The position numbers and the translations under genes were made by a program. The notes below the pieces were generated by a model. The model saw nothing but the letters and a program-made list of their open reading frames with translations. It made no database searches and had not been told where the DNA came from. Shown piece after piece: positions 1-14,132 of a DNA stretch of 64,000 nt; position 1 is the stretch's first letter, and every line of letters starts with the position of its first letter. Source of the stretch: Sphagnum compactum (Eukaryota); contig OZ234493.1 in assembly GCA_965153455.1 (NCBI GenBank), positions 12,576,213-12,640,212 on the forward strand, read 5' to 3'.

Positions 1-126
1 ATTGAGCTGAAAACATGATACATATAGAACATCTGGACAGAGTGCAGCAATAAGAGTGCATGGGCATGCAGTAGTATATCATGGGTAGTGCTCATAGCAT
101 TGGACTCTATGTGGCTCCTTGTGCAG

Positions 127-3100
127 GGTGTTGTATGTATGAGATGACTGCACACCGGCCTGCCTTCAAAGCTGTTGTGAGTTACTTTTGAGCTCTTCTG
201 CTCCACCATGTGCCCTTGTCAACCTACCTCAGGTTGCTGATGTAAAGGTGTTTATGTAATGGAAATTGTGCTGCACAGGATATGCAAGGACTGATAAGTA
301 AGATAAACAGATCCACTATTGGACCTTTGCCAAGCAACTACTCCAGTTCCCTGTGAGTCCATGCTGAATGCACTTCTTCTGATATATGCCTGGTGTAAGT
401 TGGCAATGTTGAAAATTTCTTGCTGTTGATCAAGGAATTGACAGAGTCATGTAGGATGGCTGCTGCATGTGGACTTAATCATCAGCGCCAAGGCAAAGAA
501 GAAGCTAAGACAAAGCAATCCCCAGGATAGAAACACTAGATTGGGATTGATTTTCTTACCTGCAAAGCTGTTTGCTGTTCACATGCTGCTGTGTGTTCAT
601 ATTGATCCAACGTTGGCTGCTGCAGGAAAGGTCTTATCAGAAGCATGTTGAGGAAAAATCCAGAGCACCGTCCTACAGTGAGTTCCCAACTCTTGGAAGA
701 CAATTCTTTTAATACATAGATTATGGTTACTGGTTTGGAAGGGGCATTGAGCCTCTTGTTCTTGGATGCTGTAATACAAGATGCTATATTCATATCTGTG
801 ACATTGCATATACTTGTTATTTTGTTCTGAGTTTCTTGTGCTTTCCTGGTAGGCTGCAGAGCTTCTTAGGCATCCATATCTGCAACAGTTTGTGAGCCAG
901 TGCCAGATGCAAGCCGGGTTTCAACGCTATATGACTTTGGAGCGACAATTGAGGACAAGCCACCTTGCCCAACAGACCAAAGAAGCAAGGATGACCATCA
1001 GCACTGATAAAGAAAGCTCTAATTCAAGTCCTAAGAGCAGCCCAGAAAGGAACTTTGATGATTCCTGTGGATTAACTGATGCAGCAGCCCATAACGAGGA
1101 CCCTCTTAATCAATCATGGCAATATGACAGTTTGGGCAAGCAAGTTTCCAGGTGAGTACTGCTGAAACAGATAAATGGCAGATGATATGCATAATGCCTT
1201 CTCATCATTTCAAGAAGGAAAGTAGATGCTTACATTAGTAGTTCCTGCCCTTTGCTTGACCATCCTGCTCTCCTTTTTTGTTTTGACTTGCAGCCAGCAT
1301 CTTGTATCTACAGCACCCCCGGAGAGAGTAGTCCGCTCACAACCAAAACAAGAATGGGCAGAAGAGGAACGAGCTGTAGCTGCACAATATGCTATCCACT
1401 TGTTTCATCCAAGGAATAACAGTCAAGAAGACAAAAACATGAGGACAGCTGAGCAGAATACAACTAGAGTTCACCGTATGAATCATGGGTCTCCAACTGT
1501 CGAAAGCCCAAAACCTGTTGACAAGGTCAGGAGTGCAATAAAGTTGAAGGCAGATCCATGTGTGAAGAAGACACCACAGATAGCCCAAGCAAGGTGGCAG
1601 GTGCATTTCTTTCATTTGGAAAAAATATATAGTTAGGCAATGAAGTCTATTACAGACATGTGCTGGTAGAAGAGATGTGTGATAACAGGTTATGCAACTG
1701 GGACATTCCACGTGGGCAACAGACAGTTTTTAGGAGGAAGCTACATAAAATGCTAACTGATTGGTTGGTTCCACTTCGTCTGGCAGCTCAATGGCATCGA
1801 ATCACCAAAGAAAGCTTGGAGACTGGAGGGAATGTCAGCCGCTGTACCTTATCTCGGGCAGGTGAGTTCTGATGATGATACAACTATAAAACTACAGAGT
1901 GAAAAAGTCAGCCCTCTTCGAACAACACCTGCAAGGTCATCCACTCCACTTTCATGCAAATTTGGGACATCCAGAAAGAGTGGGTCCCCTCTTGCCAGTC
2001 AGAGCAGTGCTGTTGCAACACCCAGTTCTCAAATGCATACCCCTTCAGAACACCCATCACACTATGAGTCTGAAAATGATATCCTGGCAACTCATTTCCA
2101 CCTGTCCACTGTGACCTCAGGAGACATGGTTTCCAAACAAGTGAATTCTGAGGATGTCTCTCCAGATATCCCAACATCTCACATTTCTGGTCATATTGGT
2201 CGAGGAGATACTGCCCAAGACTTGGGTTTGAGAGCTGATCAGTCCCCAGATGTTTCTGTGAATGCTCCTCGATTGGACCTCATACCAGAATTCAATTTAA
2301 CTTCAAATGACTCAATGAGTGTCGCAAGAACATTAAGACCGTCTGACCTCAGCTTGAGGCTGCTGGAAGCACAGGAGAAATCATTAAACTCACCAGGACC
2401 AACTATGTCTTGTAAGTATGGCAGGTCTGAACCTTCTAGCTCTTTGAACATGGAAGGGGGTGCTCTTATCCCAGAAAAATCACCAGACCAAGGACAAACC
2501 ACAATACATGATTATTGCACCTCTGAACTTTTAAGCTCTCAAAACTTGGAAGGGGGTGCTCTTATCTCAGATTCCCCAAGAGATGGATGGTCATTCTCAC
2601 CAGCCTACTCAAACAGGCAAGATGTAGGAACTGCCAGTTCATCTGTTATGGAAATCTCCAAGCCACCATTGGTGTCTGATCTCTGCGGAAGCTATTGCAG
2701 GATGTTAGAAGATAAGGGAGGCATTCACATACTCGAAAAGACACCAGCTGTGGCTGATGTGCACCCAGCATTTGATGATGTGATCCATGTCATCCGCCAT
2801 AGTACATTCCACCTGGGTGCAACCACTGAGCAGGTAGTCGCAGAGGCTGACAATGCTAGTGGCACCTCAGGTGCAATCGACCTTCATGGTAGGATGGAGG
2901 TTGGGGGGGCTCCTCAACAGAAGATGGATGTTGCCTCTATATGTGACCTTCCTCAACAGGAGAGCCAAGATATGGAGATGATGTCCATCTCACCATGCTG
3001 CAGCAGTGTTAATTCTAGTCAGCAGAACTTGCCGGTGGGACACACTACTAATGCCTTGCTCAAGGATGCGTACACAGAGCACCAAGCAAAGGGCCTAGAT

Positions 3101-3334
3101 GTTAAATCACATCAGCAGAGGGCTGAGGCCTTGGAGGGCCTTTTAGAGCTTTCTGCACAATTGCTATCTCAGCAGCGCTTTGATGAGCTGACTATTGTCT
3201 TGAGGCCATTTGGGACAAGCAAGGTTTCTCCAAGGGAGACTGCCATCTGGTTGACTAAAAGCCTTAAAGACATGATGGGTGATGACCAACATGGTGGCAG
3301 CTCTGAATTCAAACGCACAATTACCAAGAGCTGA
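127..3334 (+). CDS. NEK: NIMA-related serine/threonine kinase (plant NEK5/NEK6-like), 3' part; 5' exons lie upstream of the window
   Basis: Manually spliced GT-AG exons 127-176, 279-352, 626-677, 853-1151, 1294-1600, 1787-3334 join in frame. They give the kinase C-lobe [70 protein letters not shown] and the plant NEK C-terminal motifs [15 protein letters not shown] and [26 protein letters not shown]...LRPFG...[14 protein letters not shown]. Stop TGA at 3332-3334. Confidence 0.93.
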
Positions 3335-4016
3335 CCTTTTGGAGTTCAGTGACTATGGTTTCAAGCTCAAATGTTTACAGGCTATCAAAATTGAACTGAA
3401 TTCTGAAAAAAATCTCAAATTCATCACTGACCAGCAGGAATGTTGTACCCAGATCTGTTGTCTGTAGTCTGTACCCAGAGGCATCTAACAACAGTCTGCA
3501 GCACCAGTAGCAGCAAAAGCATAATCAGAGCTAAACAAAGGTTGCAGTATCATACCCATGAGTGGAAGACCTGCACACCCTGTGCATTGCTAGCTTCATG
3601 TATTGTCAGTTTACACTGCTGTCTATTGAAGGGCAAAATTATGATTCTGCTCCTCATGGTGCAGATGCAGAAGTCATATTACTTCTGGCTGTTGACAACC
3701 ACACAATACTTGACATATTTTGAGACAAGGGGAGAAGTAGAGAAGCTATCACTGGGGTCTGAAGTTGATAAAAGATGCACATTTCCATGATCGTATCCTT
3801 CTATATTTCATAATACTATTTTCATCATCACCTCTTTGGTGGGTGCAAAGCAAGTTGGTTTCATTATGACTTCCTGGAAGGAGCATGATGGAGCTTCAAA
3901 CAAATTTGATGACTCTAATCATTCAAGTTTGAAATACTACTGAGTCTTACAACCATGGAATTGAAAGGGGTTGAAAACTGGTTAACCCTCAGCACTGACC
4001 TTTGCTCTGTGGTCTG

Positions 4017-6540
4017 CTATGTGTGTCGTAGAAATGCTTGATTCACCCGCAAAACTTTTGTACTAGCAACTGCGCCTTTTGTGTGGCAGTTCCACCTGCG
4101 CATATCACACTCTTCAACATTCCATGCCTTTGGTGAAGTGCTCCAGCAAGTTTTCCAATGAAGCATCTGAAAAAAATATTTCTTGTGTTGTTCTAAGTAC
4201 CCTATGACATCTTGCAGTGATTTCACTTCAGCTGACTGGGAGGGATGTCAGCTGTATAACATGTGTAACCACTCCTGGTTTTTTCCACTGCATATGTCCT
4301 GAAATATACATCACATTACCTTGCTGGAAGTTGAATGTATAGAATTCTTCGTATTCTGAGCCTTCATATTCCAAAAGCCTCAAGAACCCATAAAACTGAC
4401 TAGTAATGACACCCAACTTAGCAGTAATCGAAGTATGGACTGAAAATGAGACATACAGGTCCATGTCAATAGTCAATAACTGCCTGAGGAGATTTATCAG
4501 AGACATCACAGGAAATACCTCGAGGACCTTGGTTTATTGCTAAATCAAAGAAGGTACAAGAGAAGCCATTTGCTGTGAACAATTTCCAATGCCAGTGAAC
4601 AAACACGCAAAACTTACAACTTGTATTCCAACTTGCTGGAGAAGATGACTACACTGCTCTATTTCTCAACTTCCTGTTTGGAAATAATGTATGATTTCGT
4701 GTTTAACTTGCTTGTCCAAAGACTCCTTACCCACCTGTCAGCATAAGATCCAGTTCCAAGCACAAGTATTATGAAAAATGGAATTGAGTTATTATTAAGT
4801 TATTATCACAATGTAGTCAGTTATAGGGCTTCCCTGGTGATTCTGCATGGAATGAGTGATTATATTCTGTGATTTGGCATTGGAATGTTTACTCTCACAC
4901 CCTACAGAAATTGGATAAGTCTTTGCAAATGAAGCAAAAAGCCTTTTTACATGTGCCTACTACAGGACCTCACAAAAGTGTTTTGAAATTACCTTGCTAA
5001 GATGGATCCTCCTCAATTTTTCTGCTTTGGAGCCAGGATCGCATATGGCTTGTCCGTAGAGCACCATGGACATAATCATGCACATCCAGCTTCTTCAGAA
5101 GTCTCATGGTACTCACTCCCAATTCAGCTTGTGAGATTATACTCTCCTTGGGATTTTCATGTATAGCAACCAGGTTGTCATCTTGATGTCTACTTTCAGG
5201 TGCAGAAACCGAAGCTAATGAACAGGCCAGAGACACAAGAGACACTCAAGAAAATTAGAAAGCTTACAAAACCATCCTTTGAATTGCGCTCATTCAGAGC
5301 TATAAAATACGCACATAAAGCAAAACGTGCTCATAACAGTAGCAGTTCCAAGCTGGTGCTACTAAGCTAAAAACTGTTCAAGAGTGAGCAAGGGAAGAAA
5401 AACACTGTCTATACTAAAAGATAATTATCAAACATGTCCAGGCTTAAGACAGCTGAGAATTACATCCAGTAAGAAACCATCAAAGTAATTTGTGCAGCAC
5501 AATCATGGCCACTCTAGATGGAAGTGGATGTCAAACAATGACAGATGCTCTCTGATTATACTCACAACATGGGACCCAAGAAATTTTCCTCTGAATGAGG
5601 GCAAGAAAGCTCAATTTGTGCGAACACTAGACAGACCACCAAACACATCTAGGAAGAGATCAGGACTTTCAACGGTCGAATGGTATGCGCAACACCATTC
5701 TTCTCAGAACTCTGGGAAATATCAGCAGCACTAGTACTCTCTGCAAGAAAAGCAAATCTGAGATTAATGAACAATGCATAGCATCTGTGAGAACTACTGG
5801 TTTAGGGGTTACATCACAGATGGAAAGGAGATATGTTTACCATGTGTATTTGTGATTCCAGCAGAAGTACTGGTTCTAGTTGACAAATCATTGAACACCT
5901 GATGCTCATGTTGTTGTCCAACCTTAGCTCCAACTGATCTTCTCTCATCACCAAGACGTTGAGCTGCAAGATCTGCAACTCCTTTTGAAGCTATCTGATC
6001 GCTAGTTGCATTGCAGGTATCATCTTCTTCACTTTCGTAATGAAGGCTTGTAGTAATGGTCGAGTCTAGGTTTTCATTCCTGGCTAACAAAAGCTGCTCC
6101 TTGAGGTTATCTGCAATGGCTGCAAGGGTTTCTGCAAGCTCTCCCTGTACCTGATCTTTTGCTAAAGATTGCTCTTCTAATCTCACTCTGAAAGAACGTT
6201 GCTCTCTTCTTAAGTGCGTGATTTGCAATCGCAATTGATGTCTTCGCCACGTCCATGACTCTTCCATATCAGTTTCCGCAGCAGCGTTCTGGACTCGGAC
6301 CATCGACTGCTGCGGCGACCTAAACGCTCCGCTGATGCACTGAGAAGTGCATTTCTGATCTTGCTCTGCATACGACATTCGGATATTACTGCTCCTCCTG
6401 ATTTCGAGCATTGCTGCTGGAGTGACTGAACAAATTCCATGAGAGACTGACAACATCTTCGCGGGGAAATGCTGAAGCTTGCAGCAAAATCGTGAAGAGC
6501 TGCTGCAAAAACAGTTGAAACGCGAAGAACGTTTTATCAT
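4017..6540 (-). CDS. Uncharacterised coiled-coil protein gene or pseudogene; exon structure unresolved
   Basis: 243-aa ORF 6540-5809 with a heptad-like segment (LRLQITHLRREQRSFRVRLEEQSLAKDQVQGELAETLAAIADNLKEQLLLARNENL) and a GT donor at 5840. Exon-like blocks with splice signals occur near 5740-5560, 5215-4992, 4390-4319 and 4146-4017. Splicing 5841 to 5740 hits a stop after ~30 codons. No family recognised. Confidence 0.35.
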
Positions 6541-7612
6541 CTGGACAGACAGATTTCTGAAATCAATTTCGTCTGCTTATCCCTCACACATCTACCTCTG
6601 CATCACCGTCTTATCTTGAAAACTTTGCATTCTTATGCATCTGAGGACGATGATGAAGACAGCAAAAACCTCCTTGAGACAGAAACAATCTCCTTCACCT
6701 GATCACAGGATTCTAGAATTCCCGTACTCCATAGAACGGATTTGCTGCTGCTCACAGGAATGCGAGAGGAGATTGGGAAGAAGAAGTGCGCGGCGTCTGC
6801 AGCAGCGATACTGGATAAGAATGGATTTCAATCGTGCTCATGATGCATCATGGAAAGCTAATTGTCTTCGGGGGAAATCTGTCAGATATTGCGGATCATC
6901 TTTCCTCAGCAGCGCGCTATGTCATGTCGGGGAGAGAGTACTGGAGATCAGTATGTAGAATGAGCAGAAACAAAAGATGAACTATTGAGCAAATCTTCTG
7001 GCAAGAGCTTGCACGTATAAAGGAGATGGCTAAGACTCTCACTAGCTTCTTCTCCGGTGCTCACCAGCTTGCTCTGGACAGGTAAATTTCGTCAATCGGT
7101 CAGCACGCTATCAATAATATGGCTCCATCTCTTTTTTTCTCTTACAAATTCTTCTTCTGGTTCGAGAATTGGACTTGAAGAAGAAGACGGAAATGCACAA
7201 ACAACTGCAGCAGCAAAGGATCCGGTAACAACGCTCTTGATGAGACAAAAGCAACTGAAGTATGTATCTTCTTGTAATTGCCATTTGTGGCAAGCAACAA
7301 GATTGATGACACATACTAGGATCCAGATTTTGAACAGCAATTTGGAGAATATTAAAAAAGCATTCAATATTATTGTAGAGGAATTATTAATTCAGGGGAA
7401 ATTAGAGATCATAAATGCTGCTTGCCTCTTTCCTGAAAGATACTTATGCTCCCGCCCGCCCGCCCGCCCACATATAACCACTCTCCCTGGCCAGCCAATT
7501 TTCCTCTTCAACTCCGCCCACACAGCTTTTTCAGCACCGAGATCTAGTAGATAGAGCTCTTGAGGCACACAATCTGAAGCTCCCCTCCTCCCCCCCCCCC
7601 CCGCGCCCCCCA

Positions 7613-7736
7613 TAGAGAGAGTGTGCAGGGAGGGTTTGGCTGATTCTGGCTCCTAGCTTCATCCCTTAGAGAGCGGGCAGGCAGGTTTGGCCGATTCCAG
7701 CTCCTAGCTTGCCCGGAGAGAGCGGGCAGACAGGTT
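7613..7736. repeat. Short GC-rich tandem repeat (~50-bp unit, GGTTTGGCyGATTCyrGCTCCTAGCTT...AGAGAGCGGGCAG), possible subterminal repeat of the adjacent hAT remnant
   Basis: Two near-complete copies are visible just before the abrupt switch to very AT-rich DNA. Confidence 0.55.
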
Positions 7737-8679
7737 GAATTTTTTACTTTAAATTCATTTTAATTCATTTTAATTAATGCTTCATTAACTTTAATTCAAT
7801 AATTCATGTAATTAGAAAATTATTTTGTAAAAATTTTACATCCATTTTTATGTTTAATTTGCATCAATCTACTTGTACTAAAATTTTCCTAATTTTACTT
7901 ATAATAAAAAATTAAAAGAGGAATTTTTAAATATATATACCATTGTAATAAAATTTTAAATTTGCAATAATTATATTATATGCAATTAATATATTATATG
8001 TGCAATCACATTATATTAATGATCAATAATACACATACATGTGACCCATTAGGTCCAAATGTTCCATCCCCAACAGGACACTAGTAAAAAAAAAAAAAAT
8101 AGAAAATACGTGACTAAAAATATGAGGTGCAATATATTGATTGTTAGGTTAAAAAATAACTTAATTAGTTTTTAAATGGGGTATATTTTATTCAAATAAT
8201 TAATATAATAATAATATAATATATATGTAATAATTTGAATTAATATATGATGATTTTAATATGTATATATTAAGAATTTGAATATTAATAGTAGGATGAT
8301 AAAAAAATTAAGTTAGACAATTATCTAATATCCCTTTAAAATGGTTGTTTGATGCACATAGATCCCAAATTTTGCACTAAGTGTTCTTCTTGGGGTTTTA
8401 TCAACCAATTCCAAATTTTGGATTCAACAAACTTTAATTTCACAAATTTCATAAATTTTAAAGGATGATGATTAATAATCTACTAAATGTTAGTTGAACC
8501 CATAATTTAAAAATAGGGTTATATTCAAAAGGAGATTTCAACACCAAAGTAGTGTTGTTGTTCTTCATGGTAATGAAAAAAAAAAACTTCTTGAATTAAA
8601 AGTGATTCATCAAATGGGGGACAACCCACGAACCAACAGGCAAGATCTTAAGTTGGGAGAAATAATCAATTAAAATGAC

Positions 8680-10400
8680 CAAATGAGTTTAGCAAGGTAA
8701 GTTCTTTGATTACAACCAATAATGAAGATATATATAATCCTAGTGGAATTTATAAGCTTTCAAAAGGGGAAGCAACTCTCAACCTCATGGATTAAAACAT
8801 TTATTACATTTGTGCATTACCCCTTCACTTATTGCATAATCACAAACCAATCTTCCCTTGTCACCATTTTCATAACAATGGTGGCATGCCCCAAGCATAT
8901 ATAATATGTTGTTGAATTGGAAGGCAACATATTCAATATTCTAGGTTGGTTTAGTCCACTAAACAATGAACATAACATCATATAAAATTTGCAACATCTA
9001 TAAATGTCTAAAATTGATCACCAAAATACATCTTGAAGGGGGGGGTCAACATACATTGTGTACAAATCAACTGACATGGCTTCACCATTGTCACAAAATC
9101 AAATATAAAGGTCTCCTTCCTTTTAACAAACTTTGACAAACCTTGGACAACTTCAAGCATTAACATTGTGCATGTGAATCCAAGAATTGTTTCAACATCA
9201 CACAACAATTCATAGTTAATCTTAGTTGTAAAAATGATATAATTGTCCTCACTCATTAGCAAAACCAAAACTTTTATACTCATAAAGGACCCATTTAAAT
9301 AGAGATAATGTATGTTAATCCATCATGATTGTATGTTCCTAAAAAAATTTAGCCTTTTTGCTTGAATGAACTTTGCAAATTTAGGTGATGTTTAGGTGAG
9401 GCTACAAAATAATTGTACATGGATTGCAATAAAGCTTCAATTTTTTGAACAATCAATATAATTGAAAAGTTTTGGACAACAAGGTTGATATGATGTGCCA
9501 TGCAATGCACATTAATGACATAAAGAACATGTTTTCCATCAACTAAACAATGAACTTTAATTTTGTACCTTGAAATATGGTGATGTTGTCTCCCACAAAA
9601 CACACAAGCTTGTCCAAGCACTATCATGTTCATATAGGTCACAAAAATTTGTAAAAAATTACAACATGATGTTAATCAAATTGTCATGACCAAAACCTTT
9701 TGTCACCTTCTCCAAGTTCAACAATATTGGTATCCACCTACATTTTTGCACCACATGTGCATGTACACTTATCCAAAATTGATTATCAACTAAAATTACC
9801 CCATCACAAAACATAGAATTAAATTGTATGACAATTTTTGTGGTTTTCAACACTTTTAAATGTAACATTTTTACCACACCTATCCATTAGAATTAACTTA
9901 TTGCTTTCACGGATTGTTTGACACCTTGAAGAAATTAAACAAGCTTTGCAGCAATTAAAACCATTCATTGATCTCCTCAACTTTAACAAATGAAAAATGA
10001 AAACAAACTAAACAAATTTATGCTTCTTTTCACCACTCCCATTGTTTCAACACATATTTCAAACATATGATCTTTCCACATTGTGCCAAAAATCTTTGCA
10101 TTTTTCATGTGAACTAACTATTTGGGCATTGGTAAAAACCACCAATTGGTACTTTAGATCACACTTTGGTGGCCTTCCTTTTTATCACTATGTTTGTGTA
10201 GCCCATCCAGCTTAGGCATTAACAAGTTTTCTTTGTTTTTACAATGGATCTAATGTTGCACTTCACTATGCACATTTGCCATCATCCCTTATTACAAGTT
10301 TTGCCCATGGGAACTTGGTTACTTGAAAGTTTTGCAAGATATGAATTTCCCACCCTATTTTTTCTTTCTTTTTAGGAGGTTTGCAAGGTGTTGTTATAGG
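8680..10400 (-). mobile_element. Decayed hAT-superfamily transposase (ZNF862-like type), pseudogenised
   Basis: Fragmented minus-strand frames: KFPWAKLVIRDDGK (N-terminal), VDNQFWISVHAHVV..WIPILLNLEKV, HCMAHHINLVVQ..VQKIEALLQSMYNYFVASPK (CxxH motif region), NYELLCDVETILGFTC..LEVVQGLSKF. Many stops and frameshifts. Confidence 0.75.
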
Positions 10401-11989
10401 CTTTTTACCAATGCATGGCATACTATGAGAGTACAAAACAACAAGGGTCCTTTGATTAAAATATTTAAGCCCTATGACAATAACATCTTTTTTGTCAACC
10501 AATGTAAAATGTAAGAGGGGAATCGAATTGAGGGGAGATAGCAGAAAGGGAATCAAAGGACTGTCAAACAATAAAAAGGAGGATTCAAGAGGATTGTTAG
10601 TTGCAAAAAGAGGGGAATCAAGAGGACTATCAATAGAGGTTGAATTGAAAACTATAATCCGTACTCTACCAAAAGAAAACACAATATTAGAAGTTGGTAG
10701 GAGATTGCAAAGGAGAGGCGGTGCTTGGAAACCACAAATTGTTATTAAACCTTGATTGTGAACCTTAAGTGCACATATGCACAACAAAAGCCTTGAGCAA
10801 AATGCTCATCAAGACCACCAAAGGTTCAAAACTCAAATGCAACACCAAAACACACACCACAATGAAAAGTTAAAACATGATGGAGGCCTTCGAAGTTGTG
10901 AAAACCTTAAATGCTAATTCACAAAATGAAAGGAAAGAACCACAATGCAAAAAAAAACCACAAACAAATCACAACCTCAACTTAGGGAATCAAAGAATTG
11001 AAGATCAAATATGAAATGTCACATGAACTTGCAACGCAAGAATTGTTCATCTTGTGTGGGTATGATTTTTTACCTTTAAAGAAAACTTCAACCAATGTTC
11101 ATCAAAATTTGGACAAAAGCCTTGTTTTCCTCCCACCTCCAAAGCACATATTCATTGTTAAATGGCACTTTACATTTGTTAAAATGTAGATTGTACACAA
11201 AATGACTAAAAGTTCTTGTCATGATCAATGAGATCTAAAACCCAAGAACTTTCTCTCCTCACCCTTTAAACCTTAACCTCGAGTGGCATTGAAAAATGCT
11301 AGAAACTTAATGTGATGGAACCCTCTTGTTTGGAAGTGGATGTGACAACACTTGAAGCCATTGAAGCTTTTAAGACAATGATGGACAGTGAGACAAAACA
11401 ATAGATGAGTAACCCCTTGACAGGGATGGTTGTCTTATGACAACCTCTTCCTCTTTGTTGTCCATCTTATTGGTGATACATCTTCACCATTGTTAGTGAA
11501 TGCAATTCAACCCACATCTCAACCATTATTTGTTGGCAATACTTCTTAAATATGCACATCCCTTTTACAAAGGCCCATTTGTAAGCCTTAAAAATATTTT
11601 GCCACAAAATCAATTTTCACCCCAAAAAAAAACATTAAGTTTTACTAGATTGCATAATAGACAAGCCCAACTACCTCTTATTATGATAATTTAAACTAAA
11701 TAGCAAACCCCAATTACACACACACACACACACATAATTGATGTTTAAATTATCAAATTGATTTTTTCTTTGCAAAATGCATTATTGTTGAATATTTTCA
11801 TTCCTAAAACAAAAGTCAAATAAAGTGTGGTGCTATGGGAACATATTGGGGGACATGTTAGGAACACATTGGGAACTTGGTGAGATTACATTATTAACAT
11901 TAATTTCCAAAAAATCAAAACCTTGTTCCCTTAAAGAGTGGTAATTTAAACTTAAATGAGTTTTTTGGTGCAACTGTGTTTACAGTGTA

Positions 11990-12710
11990 CTCTAGGTTAT
12001 TCTTGATTATTTTAAACTATTATAACCTTAGGTTGTTTTAGGTTATTATGTGTTATTATTCATTATTTTAAAATTGTTTATTTTAGGTTATTTTAAAATA
12101 TTGTCAACTATTTTACCCTAGGTTATTCTTGGCTATTTCAAGCCATTATACCTTAGGTTATTATTGGTTATTTTATTCTATGCTACTTTAGGCTATTTAA
12201 CTTTAAGTTAATTAAATGATTCTAGGTTGTTTTTGGTTAGCTTAGATTGTTCCATTATGGGTTATTTTACACTAACATGTATTTAGTTAATTTTGGACTT
12301 TTTTTTACCTAGTGGTTGGGATCAAGTTTTTTTTATTAAATTTGACACAAAACATTGTTAACATATGTTTGTTGGATCATCTAGTGAGGCAAAATCTTAT
12401 TAATATATATTGTTGCATCATTTGGTGGCCCTAAATCAAAGTTTCTTTCTAATTTTCCTATTTCCAAATGGTCAATTATTAATTTTGAACTTTTTAGAAG
12501 TTCAAAATTAACTAAATACATTATCCATTTTACCCCTAGGCTATTATAATATATCCGAAGCGATTTGAGGCTATTCTAAACTATTCTACCCTAAATTATT
12601 ATTAATGATTAAAACATCATAAGTTATTATAGGATATTAATGAGTTAGGTAAAGAAACATGAAATGGACTAAAATAAATAATTTACAATAGGTTATAATA
12701 ACCTAGGTTT
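11990..12710. repeat. Degenerate ~10-bp periodic repeat (TTAGGTTATT/TATTTTA-like)
   Basis: TAGGTTATT, TAGGCTATT and TTTTAAACTATT recur at ~10/20-bp spacing in 11993-12300 and 12530-12710. The array ends in the near-palindrome TAGGTTATAATAACCTA. Confidence 0.65.
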
Positions 12711-12924
12711 TCGATGGGTAACAGAAACCTAACAAGTAGGCTAGCTAGCCAGCCAAATCAATATGATCAGTTTGACCAAACTTTTGCCGTTCAACATGAC
12801 CTATTTGATTAACCCATGGCCATCTTGATGGACCTTTTTTTTTTTGGTCCCATTTGACTAGTTGTATGATTTGAAAATTGAAACTTACTAAAAAATGTCA
12901 CCTTAGTAACAAAAACCATGTAAC

Positions 12925-13441
12925 ATGTGTTAACATTCTTCTTTTCAAAAACATCTTTGTATGCTTGGTATTACAGAGGACATTCATGCTACTTCACTTT
13001 AGGGTTGTGTGTTGAAAGAACGTATATAAAAAATGCATCTATTTTCTTTACAACTTACATTTTTGCTCCCACAAACAATTTTCTTTATTGTTTGGGTTTT
13101 TGTGCATTTTTAAGGTTCATAATCTAGGTTTTGCATGCACTGATCAAATTTTGGATCATCTTCCAATGCACCTAAATGGTAATCCTGATTTTCACCAAAC
13201 AAGCCCATGGATGATGCTTTACATTTTGATGCTTCTTCCTTTAACATTTCGAAATAAAGATTCTTTGTATGCCAATCCATTTGCAAATTGTGTAGAATGA
13301 ACCAAGATAACTAAATGATGATAGGGTTTGTTAAGGATGAAATGACTCTAAAGACAACTTTGCTTATATGTGACCCAATGGTAATTTCCAATGTCTTAGT
13401 TTCATGTGTCATAGGTCTTGAAGAGAGGCTCTAATTGTTAA
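12925..13441 (-). mobile_element. Ty3/gypsy LTR-retrotransposon remnant, distal part (protease C-terminal half to pre-RT region)
   Basis: Minus strand reads (D)N*SLSSRPMTHETKTLEITIGSHISKVVFRVISSLTNPIII*LSWFILHNLQMDWHTKNLYFE, then YQAYKDVFEKKN. This is typical of a gypsy aspartic protease tail (ILGLSWL..HNP.IDW) and the linker before RT. Confidence 0.75.
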
Positions 13442-14132
13442 CACTAATAGAAAACCCCCATTTTTTAATCAAAAAGTTTTCAACTAAACATGATTTGCAA
13501 CTATGTTACACTATAATTTTTAAACTTTTAAATATAATAGTGATAATTACCAATTAAATTGACTCACCAACTAAATTGGTATATAGTTGAAAACAATTTT
13601 CAACTAGGTGGTATTTTGCTGAATATTCCACCAAATATTCTTAGCATCAACGTTTCCAAGTTGAAATGTCTATTATGTTGGTAAATAATGAAAAACATGT
13701 CTTGATTAAATCTAGGTTCTCCAATTGGCACATAGTCAAGACATTAACTAATATTCAATTATTTTGTTGACACCATCAACACATGTATGGATGATAAAAT
13801 GTATTAACGGATGGATGAAATGCAATTTCATTTGCAATTTATCTCTCAACTTAATCAAACAACTAATAGGTGACTTTGTTTTTATACATATGATATATGT
13901 TATTATTTATGTTAAATTATGATAACATTAAATTACATGTAAAATTTATGTGCATAAACGAATAGTATGCGTGATGTAATTTTTGTAATGCATATAAAAT
14001 TTGAATAAATTCTCTTGAATATAAAATTGTAATTTAATCTTGTATATGTTCATACATGTAATATTTGATTTTTATGTATACCAAATTTAGTTTACGACAT
14101 ATCAAGTAATGAGATATAATTAATGATTAATT

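Noticed and set aside
3440..3790. 116-aa ORF downstream of the NEK
   Set aside because: It lies in the probable 3' UTR and has no motif or splice support.
10266..10787. 173-aa ORF with DSPL repeats
   Set aside because: Low-complexity 5' region of the decayed hAT element; only the last ~25 residues resemble transposase.
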